A program made the translations under genes and the position numbers. From Leucoraja erinacea (Eukaryota), in NCBI RefSeq assembly GCF_028641065.1, contig NC_073390.1:28582001-28646000 (forward strand): a stretch of 64,000 nucleotides of DNA. Reading direction: 5' to 3'. The notes beneath the pieces are model-generated. The model was not told where the DNA came from and did not search any database. It saw only the letters and a list, made by a program, of their open reading frames with translations. Below are positions 27,190-36,999 of this stretch, one piece after another (position 1 is the first letter of the stretch; every line of letters starts with the position of its first letter).

Positions 27190-28153
27190 GCCTCCCAACA
27201 GAATTCCTAAGTCCTTCACTCTTTCCTTTTAATCCCTAAATTTATCAGGCTCGTTCCTGAACAGTGGCTAATGCCCCCGAAGTGTGCGCAGCCTCGCACT
27301 TCTTCACTCTTGTGCTCCACCAATCATACTCTCTTATTCAAATTCTTCTATCTCCCACAGGTCCACACACTTTCAACCTTACAATTTGCACAATCCTCAG
27401 TCATTCAAAGATCAGAGTACTCCAGGGAACAAATATCTAATATCGCATTCAGTAACTACAGTTCCAAAAGCAAATCCTGCGTCGCGCTGTTATCAACCAG
27501 TTAACCCCTTCCTCTGATACCGAAGATTTTCCCCTTCCTAGGGTACTCTTTGCTGAGGGGTACTACTTCTTAAATGACAAATTTTCCTCCTAAATGTTAC
27601 TTTCCTCCTGCTTAGACTGGACTTCTATTGGGGGACCTCTATCCCTCCACTCTAAGTTCTCAGAATTAGGGGTACCTTTCGCATCCGGGTACTTTTCACC
27701 AAGTAAACCAGGTTCCCGTCTCTCAGTTACTCTTCGCTATCAGGTACTAATCAACATTCAATCAGAGGGAGTACGAACTCCTGGATGATCAGCCGCGATT
27801 TGGACTCCAATTACAATAGCAGTCTTAATCAACTATTTATCTCGACAGCCAATTCGAACCGATATCACAACAGAGTTTCTAACATGCAAAATTTTAATCA
27901 AAAACAACACACAGAACACAGTAAATACAAGACTGGAAATCTTAATATACTACTACTCCAAAGCTTTATTATGCCCAGATAAATCTGGAGAGAAATTTAT
28001 GTACACTTCAAAATCAAAATCGATTCACAATCTTTTTAAATATATATCTCTGAAAGGTATCTTTACAGTTTTTACAAGGGATTTGTACACAAGTTAACTT
28101 GGAAGGACAGATATATACACTAGGAATTAACCAGCACCTCAATATGAGATACT

Positions 28154-28438
28154 TGTAGAGGCACCAACGTCGTGAATAAATGGATTCTTTATTCAGGCAT
28201 TGTAGGTTGGAAATACATGGACGTTTGGCACTCTTAACACAATAGTCGTAGTTGTTGAGCTCGGTTTAGCACCTGCTGAGGTGGCAGGACATTCTCATGA
28301 AGTGCGAGGAAGCGGAAGAGCGAGAGAGAGAGGGAAGGTCAGGACTTATATACTAGGGCACACCCCCATGTATCTCGTGACTTTCCAATGGTTGCCGAGG
28401 ATTCGCATAGAGTGGCTGAACCACTAGGTGCCGCTACA
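28154..28438 (-). mobile_element. Solo LTR (285 bp, Gypsy-like) nested in the ERV leader
   Basis: TGTAGAGGCACC..GGTGCCGCTACA terminal inverted ends; 4-bp TSD TACT (28150-53, 28439-42); - strand TATATAA and AATAAA. Confidence 0.85.
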
Positions 28439-28772
28439 TACTGAATATTATTGAATTTAATCCAAATTCAAAATTTGCATGGAACGTCTCTGGGAACATG
28501 AAATTTTCACATTGGTTAAAGTATTTCTGACCAATTTACTTTAACCACTGAATTCTAGATGCCTTTCAAGATTCCTTCCTCCGTTTTACAAGGATCCAGA
28601 GATCTCACGCAGGCGGGGATTTTAACCCACCTAGGTACACCTGAGCAAAGGGTTTCCCTTTTTACCTACTAAGTACCGGGTGTCAGCGCATAGGCTCTTC
28701 ACACTGACAGTCAATGCCGATTTTCGGAGTGCGCCTTTCCAATCTGCACCCCCAGCAATGACACAGTACTTT

Positions 28773-29243
28773 CTTCTTCTTCTTCTTCTTTGGAGTTTTA
28801 CGGCAGCCGGCATCCACAATGTTGCATTGCTGCCGCCTTCTGGCTTCACTCCACAGTCCTCATGTCTTTACTTTATATCCTTTTTATAAGGCCAGAGGCC
28901 CTCAAGAAATTAAACAACAAATTTACTCCTTTTCCTTCCCCTCCATACTCTAGAATGTTCTTTTCTGATATATCTGTCATTCCAATTTTCTTCATTTCAT
29001 TGATCAAAACTCTTCTTTCTGTTGCATATCTTCTACATGCAACTAGAGCATGCTGAACTGTTTCCGGCTGATGGCATTCCTCACACATCCCAGTAGGGTG
29101 TTTTCCCAACATTTTTAATGTGCTGTTCAGGTGGGTGTGTCCTATCCTCAATCTTGCTAATACTACCTGTTCTCTCCTGTTCCCCCCTCTTCTTGCTGTA
29201 ATGCCCACTCTGTTTTGTAGCGAATAGAGGTGTCTCCCCTTTG
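28773..29243 (-). mobile_element. I-superfamily (Nimb-like) LINE, 5'-truncated, nested in the ERV leader
   Basis: ORF 28873-29208 RREQVVLARLRIGHTHL..CEECHQPETVQHALVAC (I-clade C-terminal CCHC); 3' stem-loop and (GAA)n tail; 14-bp TSD TGAC[A/G]CAGTACTTT (28759-72, 29244-57). Confidence 0.88.
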
Positions 29244-29347
29244 TGACGCAGTACTTTGCCGCTTAGTATCACTTAAACCCAGTTTGTCTTTAAATAGCCC
29301 GCCAATCGGATATCCACTCTGGGCTGGGCCTGTGGCCCAAGTTTTGC

Positions 29348-29550
29348 GGGCCTCTAACCCAAAGGAGAGGGCCTCTAACCCAACCTTACTTTTATGGGCC
29401 TCTAACCCAATGGAGGGGGCTTTTAATCCAACCACAAATTGGCTACCAGCTTCGACCAATAGTTTCGGGCCTCTAACTCTGGAAAAGGCCTCCAACCCAA
29501 CTCCAGCAGGGCCTCTAACCCCCACCCTGGTTTTATAGGCCCCTAACCCA
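29348..29550. repeat. Eight interspaced copies of GGGCCTCTAACCCA in the ERV 5' leader
   Basis: Copies start at 29348, 29369, 29396, 29417, 29467, 29486, 29509 and 29537, with 5-36 nt spacers. Confidence 0.85.
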
Positions 29551-29724
29551 AAGGAGTGCTATCACCCCCCCCCCCCGGTTGATCTGGTTGGACCCTTTCC
29601 CAAGCCCGCGAATGATCGATCTACTCCGACTAGCGAAGTGCCGAAAATCAATGCGAAAACTGCACTCGCGATCGAGACAGCAAAACACCCTTAATCGCAA
29701 ACTTGTGTTTGTGGGTCTGTTGAG

Positions 29725-29742
29725 ATCCCGGGCGAGCTCCCA
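29725..29742 (-). promoter_or_regulatory. Primer-binding site, tRNA-Pro
   Basis: TGGGAGCTCGCCCGGGAT, 1 nt inside the 5' LTR; 16/18 match to the canonical Pro PBS TGGGGGCTCGTCCGGGAT. Confidence 0.9.
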
Positions 29743-29743
29743 A

Positions 29744-30504
29744 TGTAACTAGCTCGTTCTAAGCTCCCCCCAGTCTAGTTTCACTCAATAAAATACTGAA
29801 TCAAGCACTTGCACAACTAAGCTATATTTTGAATAACACAATAACAATTCCCCTCTACTATACATAACCACCGCGGGTTCGATCCTTGTATCTGCTTGGC
29901 CAAGCCCTTCTAACCTCGTGCAAGCAGAGACACTCCAAAAGGTCATGCAATCCCAAGCGTTCTAACAGAAGATCGACATCAGACCTCGTGGGAGCTACCT
30001 TTTATAGGTCTCCGAACCATGAGGGGCCGAACCACACGGGGGTGGTCACTTTATAAACCAATTAAACATATTATTAATAACAATACATGATTGACAATTC
30101 CTTAACCTAATAATACAATCTTGAATACATTGTATTTGAAGGAAGCAAACAAGAATGATCACTGAAACATGTGCCCTGGGATTCAAACAGTCTAAAATTT
30201 GACCAATCATCAATTAACAGGATGACCATCTTGCAACGTTATTTATACTATTTACAATGCCCTTGCAGCGATCGAATTGAAATGATGTATTTAAAGTTTG
30301 TTTGCAAAACTGCTATACATTTTATCAATTTAGGAGAAACAAGGAGAACATCTGGATCCCTCACCATCCTGCATACCAGTCTGAGCCTAGACTGGCTGGC
30401 ACCATCCAAAGCCTGTAAATTTCAGCTGACAAGGCTTAAGCAATTCTGACAAGTGCAGGGATCCTCCATTTTATGGTGTTTCATTAATTTGGCCAGTATT
30501 AACA
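29744..30504 (-). repeat. ERV 5' LTR
   Basis: Homologous to 23026-23778 (about 10% divergent by eye, with indels); TATAAAA on the - strand at 30000-30006. Confidence 0.93.
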
Positions 30505-32770
30505 TCTGAACCTAAAATGTCAACAACCCATATTTTCCAGGGATACTGCATGACTTGCTGAGTTACTCAAGCACTTTGTGTCCCTTTTATGTATTTACTA
30601 ACGTGTAGTTCTTTGTTTTTAATATTTATACAATGATAATCCCTTTGTGAGAGAGGACAATCAGATTATTGACGCCCCCCCCATGGTCCATTTTAACAAG
30701 AGTTTACTGTACTGATAAAGCACCTGCCTCAACCATTTCCCCTGGTATCTCGCCCCATGCACCCAGCACCATCTCTCCACTGATGCTGATGACGTGATGC
30801 TGATGACTGATGACGTGCTGAATGTTTATAGTTTTTACTGTTTTTCTATTTCTCACAGCATTGTAAATCAGGATGGCATGTGAATCCCTACCACCACTCA
30901 ACTCCACTCAACTACATCTCCCCTGTTTGAACTACAGGGTGCTATTTGAAGGAATGATTGAGTGAGTGCATTTAATTCTGACTGACGAAAGCAAGATTAA
31001 CCAGTTCCCAGTCCAAGGGAGAGGCAGGCTTGGGGAGAGGGGAAGGGGTGACTCTGCCCTGTGCTCATTGGCTCTGCAATCTCTTAATTAAAACCAGCTG
31101 TGAGATGTTGCTGTTGTGAAACCCAACCCTGCTTAACCAGCGGTTTACAAAGAAAAGGGATAATAGAATAATAATTTTATTTGCATAGCACTTTTCATAC
31201 AATTGAATGCAACCCAAAAGTAAGGAGGGGAATAACCCCGGGCTCTGTGCACAGAATCAGGGCAGCAACAGGGACTGAGGTCTTTTGACTCAACTCGGCG
31301 CTAGCTCAATGTAAAATCAATCCAGCTCCTCGGTTCCAAGGAAAACAGCCCAACTTCTTCAGTCTGGCAACAGAATTCAAGTCCCAGGTAGACAAAAATG
31401 CTGGAGAAACTCAGCGGATGAGGCAGCATCCATGGAGAGAAGGAATAGGCGATCTTTCGGGTCGATGCCTTTCTACAGACTGACACCCTTATTCAGAAGT
31501 CCCACATCCTTGGAATCAGCTAGTAAATCTCTGGATATTCCTTAAGATTTCACCTTTCCTAAAGTGGTGCCCAGAAATGGGCTCTGCATCCCTCTTGAAA
31601 TGGGACCATTGCTTTGTAAAGGTTCATCATGACCTCCTCACTCTTGTATTCTCTGCCTGAAGTCCAGTGTTCTGGGTGTCTTTGGTAACATTTTACTAAC
31701 TGCCCTGCCACTTCCATTGAACACAAATACTTCAATCTCTCTGGTCCTGTTCCCATTTAGAACTGTCCCGTGCAATGCTCTCTCATCCTTTCCCTAGTGA
31801 ACACTCCCTAGTGGCACCCATCAGTTTCTGCATTAAACTTAATCTACCATGTGTTCAATCATGCCCCAAACTACTTGAGTCCTCGCCATCCACTCAAGGT
31901 CCCCTACATTTGTATGCTGTCACCGCCACCCTCTCCTGGTTCCATCAACACATTGTACCCACCAGATCCTCTCCTGCCTCGTTCCATCTCTCCCTTAATG
32001 GTTCCCATAATCACTTTCCTTTTATCAGATTCCAGCACAGGCTGCCTTTGTTTCCTCCTATGGCCATCTTTACCCCCCCTGTCCTTCTACTGGCTCCATC
32101 TGCCCTTTTTTCTATCTGCCTCTGTCTCCCCACCCCTTTTCTCCCACCTAGCTCCAGGTCCTCTGTTCCACATATCTACTGACCTGTTTCCCCACCTCCC
32201 ACTTCCAAACACTGTTCGAGGCAAGTAAATGGATACCTCGGGAGTACAGAAGTACAAGACACAACACGTGTCAGGGAATTTACTGAAAGAAACACTGCCG
32301 GCACCGGACTTCGAGGTTGTGAGATTTTATTAACGTGATATCGCTGTTTGCTGGAGCCAGACTCTGCTACAAGTAATTCAACGATATCTTAAACGAGTCT
32401 GCGTGACTAAAGTCATGCTTTAATTTACTATAGAATATAAAAGTACAAAAACAACCAAGGGCAACGTGATAACCTTTACCATGCTACTTTCTTCCGACGG
32501 GCAGTTTTTAATATATTTGCAGGGGACGGTTATCTGCAGCTGCTGATAAGTACATTCATAGGCAGTGAGGAAACATACAGGCAAGCACAATGGAGACATT
32601 ATAAGCGAGTACCAAGTTTTAACTCTTGATTTGTCAAACAGACAAACATTCTTCCACAACACGTCATAGTGTGGCTTGCAAACGGGACGAGAGTTTACAG
32701 TACAGAATTGTTCTCCATCTGGGGATTCAGCAATGTTGGCAAACATCCTCAGAAGTGACACCAGAAACTG

Positions 32771-33037
32771 GCGGTCACGGTGGCGCAGCGGTAAATTTGC
32801 TGCCTTACAGCGAATGCAGCGCCGGAGACCTGGGTTTGATCCTGACTACGGGTGCTGTTCTGTACGGAGTTTGTACGTTCTCCCCGTGACCTGGGTGGGT
32901 TTTCTCCGAGATCTTCGATTTCCTCCCACACTCCAAAGCTTGGTATATGTAAAAAATTGTCCCTAGTGTGCGGGGATCGCTGGTCGGCGCGGACCCGGTG
33001 GACCGAAGGGCCTGTTTCCGCGCTGTATCACTAAACT
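32771..33037 (+). mobile_element. tRNA-derived SINE (HE1/V-SINE-like)
   Basis: GGTGGCGCAGCGG A box; GGTTTGATCC B box; GGAGTTTGTACGTTCTCCCCGTGACC core; GGGCCTGTTTCCGCGCTGTATC tail. Confidence 0.9.
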
Positions 33038-33159
33038 CATCACCATTTGAGTCCATATGCTGGTTTCCAGCAGAACAATATCAACCTCTCCCATCTATTC
33101 ATGCAATTATCCACTCACTCCCTTATCACCAGCTTTTGATTGTTTTTTGCTAACTAACA

Positions 33160-34210
33160 CCCAGAATGAGGTATTCCAGACCAGTGCATCAGAGATGTTC
33201 TCATTGTTTAGGGAACGAGGTTCCCCTTTTCTATTATAGATGAGGCTCTCACCAGGGTCTCTTCTATATTCTGCAGCTCCGCTCTTACTCCCCATCCCCC
33301 TACTCGTAACAAGGACAGTCCCCCTTGTCCTCAACTTCCACCCTACCAGCCGTTGAGTACAACATATAATCCCCCGACATTATTGCCACCTCCAACGGGA
33401 TCACACCACTGGCCACATCTTCCATCTCCTCTTTTTCTGCTTTCTGCAGAGACCTTTCCCTCCATAACTCACTGGTCAATTTGTCCCTTCCTACCCAAAT
33501 CACCCCCTCCCCTGGTACTTTCCCTTGCAGGAAATGCTACATGTCGTTTTACCTCCCCCCTCGACTCCATCCAAGGACACAAGCAGTCTTTCCAGGTGAG
33601 GCAGGGTTTCACCTGCACCTCCTCCAACCTCATCTACTGCATCTGCTGTTCCAGGTGCCAACTTCTCTAAATTGGTGAGACCAAGCGCAGGCTTGGCGAT
33701 CGCTTCGCCCAACACCTCCGCTCAGTTTGCAATAACCAACCTGATCTCCCGGTGGCTCAGCACTTCAACTCGCCCTCCCATTCCAAATCCGACCTTTCTG
33801 TCCTGGGCCTCCTCCATGGCCAGAGTGAGGCCCAATGCAAATTGGAGGAAAAGCAGCTCATATTTCGCTTACACCCCAGCGGTATGAACATTGACCTCTA
33901 ATTTCAGGTAGTCCTTGCTTTCTCCCTCCTTCCCCACCCCCTCCCAGCTCTCCCACAAGCCTATTGTCTCCGCCTCTTCCTTTGTTTTTCCCGCCCCCCG
34001 GACATCAGTCTGAAGAAGGATCTCGACCCAAAACGAAGCCTATTCCTTCTCATATCATTGTTCTTTATCTCTCCACATCACCGTCTATATCTCTCGTTTC
34101 CCTTACCCCTAACCAGTCTGAAGAAGGGTTTCGACCTAAAACGTTACCCATTCCTTCTCTCCAGAGATGCTGCCTGTCTCGCTGAGTTATTCCGGCTTTT
34201 TGTGTCTATG
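33160..34210 (+). mobile_element. Penelope-like element 3' part: GIY-YIG endonuclease remnant plus tail with two hammerhead motifs
   Basis: FTCTSSNLIYCICCSRCQLL..GETKRRLGDRFAQHL; tail CTGAAGAAGG..AAACG at ~34010 and ~34118. Confidence 0.88.
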
Positions 34211-34868
34211 CTGTCTGTATTACTGACACATTCTCATGGTTTCCCCTGTAAATAGTGACACACTCCAATTACTCTCCTCATTCCCCATTTACTAGTGCAC
34301 CCCACAGGACCCCTGTGCATACTGATACAACCCTGGAGACCACCTGCACATACTGACACACTCCTGGGGACCCTGTCAAGCAGCTGAACCATGCTATCAA
34401 CAACGGGAGAGCAGCCCTGAGTGCCTATCTACATCATTGGAGATCCTCAGACTATCGTTACCAGATTTTATCCTGCACTAAACACTATTACTCTTATCAT
34501 GTATCTGTGCACTGTGGACAGCTTGATTGTAATCATATGGTCTTTTCGCTGACATATTAGCAGGCAGCAAAATACTTTCACTGTACCTTGGTACACGTGA
34601 CACTAAACTAGACCTGTAATGCCTACATACTTCCTGGGATCCTCTATAAAAAAACATGACACATTCCTAGGAACCCCCTGTAAATACCAACGCATTCCCG
34701 AGGTCCCCCTGTACCCCCAAAATGGGAGCAAAGTGCAGAATTAAAGTAATACACAAAATGCTGGAGTAACCCAGCGGGACAGGCAGCATCTCTGGAGCGA
34801 AGGGTTGGGTGACGTTTCGGGTCGAGACCTTTCTTCATTTGCAGAATTAAAGGTTTAGGGACAAAGTA

Positions 34869-35200
34869 GGGGCGGGGCTGGCGCCGGCTGTGATTGGATG
34901 GTGCGTTTGCGTCATGGAATGACGTATCAGATCTAGCGCTGAGGTCATATTCCCGATGACGTTTCATTCGTTGGATGTGATGTCACTTCCATGATCACTG
35001 GACAGGAAAGACGTCATCGCCCGGAGCTAAGCCTGATGTCAATCCTCGGATGAGTTTGCGGCGCATTTTACACGGAATTATTCTTCAACTTCGTCATTGT
35101 ACGGAAATCCCCCCATTCATTACCCCACGGCCCTTCTTGCAATGCAGTCTCATCCTCCGCTGACGCAGCTTCACCCGCCTGCTCTCCCGTAGCCGCGACC
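34869..35200 (+). promoter_or_regulatory. Probable HENMT1 promoter (CpG-rich; GC box, CCAAT, clustered CRE sites)
   Basis: GGGGCGGGGC at 34869-78; ATTGG at 34893-97; six TGACG/CGTCA half-sites plus three near-CRE octamers. It is the only non-repeat CpG-rich patch upstream of the first coding exon. Confidence 0.7.
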
Positions 35201-35216
35201 CTGTCTCTGTAGTCCT

Positions 35217-36770
35217 ACCCCCCCTGAACCCCCACCCTGAACCCCCCCCCCCCCTGAACCCCCCCCTCACCCTGAACCCCCCCCCCCTCACCCCCCCCCC
35301 CCCCCCTCCCCTGACCACTCACCCTGAACCCCCCCCCTCACCCCCCCCCCCCCCTCACCCTGAACCCCCCCCTCACCCTGAACCCCCCTCACCCTGAACC
35401 CCCCCCCCTCACTCACTGAACCCCCTCACCTCACCCTCCCCCCTCACATTGAACCCCTTGAACCCCCCCTCACCCCCCCCTCACACTGAACCCCCTGACT
35501 GAACCCCCCTCACCTTGAACACCCCCGAACCCCCCTGAACTCCCTGAACCCCCCCACACCCTGAACCCCCCTCACTCACCCTGAACCCCCCTCACATCAC
35601 CTTGAACTCACCCTGAACCCCCCTTACACTGAACCCCCTGATGCCCTGAACCCCCCCTCACCTGAACCCCCCCCTCACCTGAACCCCCCCCCTGAACCTC
35701 CTGATGCCCTGACCCCCCTGAACCCCCCCCCCACACCTTGAACCCCCCCTCACCTTGACCCTGACCCCCCCCCTCACCTTGAACCCCCCCTCACCCTGAC
35801 CCCCCCCTCACCCTGAACCCCCCTGACCCTGCCCCCTTGATCCCCCCCCACCCTGAACCCCCCCCTCACCCTGAACCCCCTGATGCCTTGAACCCCCCTC
35901 ACCCTGACCCCCCTCCTCTCCTCACCCCCCTGACCCCCCCCCCTCACCCTGAACCCCCCTCTCCCCCCCCCCTCACACTGAACCCCCCTCACCCTGAACC
36001 CCCCTCACCCTGAACCCCCCCTCACCCTGAAACCCCCCTCACCCCTGAACCCCCTCACCCACCCCCCTGAACCCCCTCACCCTGAACCCCTCACCCTGAA
36101 CCCCCTCACCCTGAACCCCCCTCACCCTGAACCCCCCTCACCCTGAACCCCCCTCACCCTGAACCCCCCCTCACACTGAACCCCCTCACCCTGAACCCCC
36201 CCTCACTCACCCTGACCCCCCCCTCACCCTGACCCCCCTCACCCCCCATCACACTGAACCCCCCCTCAAGCTGTCCCCCCCCATCATACTGTCCCTGACC
36301 CCCTCCCTCACTCTGAACCCCCTGACCCCCCTCACCCTGTACCCTCCTCACCAAGTTCCCACTCAACCACATCTGCACCCCATCACATCTCTTCACCCTA
36401 TACTCCCTCACCTTGTACCCCGTCACATCCTCTCACCTGTACCCCCTTCCCCTCACCCAGACTATATCACACCCTCTCATCCTGTATCCCAACACACCTC
36501 CTCCAGATGGTCCCCTTCACCCTCTTGCCCTGAACCCCCTCATCCTGAACCCCATTACATCCCCTCCCAGCGTCTCCTCACCATGTACCTCGCCCTGTAC
36601 CCCCTCACCCTGAACCCATCACACAACCTCCCACCGGATCCTCACCCTGTATCCCCTCACCTTGTCCATCTTTCCATGAACCCTGCCTCACACCCTCACT
36701 CCTTACCCCCTTCTACCCCTCATACCCTGTACCACCTTACCCTGACTAAATCACACTCCTTCCGACTGTA
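35217..36770. repeat. C-rich minisatellite, unit about CCCCCCTCACCCTGAA, decaying toward the 3' end
   Basis: Dozens of tandem CTCACCCTGAACCCCC units with variable C-run length; increasingly degenerate after ~36300. Confidence 0.95.
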
Positions 36771-36842
36771 ACCCTCACAATTTACAGAGACACATGTGGC
36801 TCTTGTGTTTGATCAGGTTGCTGGTGTCACCAAGCGGAAGCG

Positions 36843-36929
36843 ATGGAGACCATAACCTTTTCTCCACCGCTGTACAAACAACGATACCAGTTGGTTGTAG
36901 AATTGGTGGAGAAATTGCAGGCACGTAAG
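36843..36929 (+). CDS. HENMT1: Small RNA 2'-O-methyltransferase HEN1, first recognisable coding exon (acceptor at 36817)
   Basis: METITFSPPLYKQRYQLVVELVEKLQARK|gtgagg, with the Hen1 FxPPLYxQRY motif. The frame is open upstream of the ATG, so an N-terminal extension is possible. Confidence 0.92.
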
Positions 36930-36999
36930 GTGAGGAGAAAATGGGATCTAATTATCTGTTAAAGGTTAAATTTCAAGTTAAAGGTGTAATCAAGGGCCT

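Larger units (their letters stand above)
23026..30504 (-). mobile_element. Endogenous retrovirus, class I (gamma/epsilon-like), defective: LTR-leader-gag-pro remnant-LTR
   Basis: Two ~755-bp direct repeats with TG..CA ends; 4-bp TSD TCTG (23022-25, 30505-08); PBS complementary to tRNA-Pro; PPT; decayed Gag motifs. Confidence 0.93.

Noticed and set aside
29163-29538. Antiparallel ORFs with VGLEA/ASNP repeats as ERV accessory proteins
   Set aside because: They arise from the 14-mer array and run into the Nimb insertion; no independent coding signal.
29348-29550. CRISPR-like repeat-spacer appearance
   Set aside because: Repeats are only 14 nt, spacers are 5-36 nt and partly duplicated, there are no cas genes, and the context is a vertebrate ERV.
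32771-32850. tRNA gene (also 10893 and 58258 heads)
   Set aside because: The A/B boxes continue into a SINE core and LINE tail; no cloverleaf or acceptor stem.
35217-36770. True interstitial telomere
   Set aside because: No canonical (TTAGGG)n run; the unit is a longer composite with variable C tracts.
35094-36771. Gly/Arg-rich (RGG-like) and Pro-rich ORFs
   Set aside because: Translations of the C-rich satellite; no splice or codon evidence.
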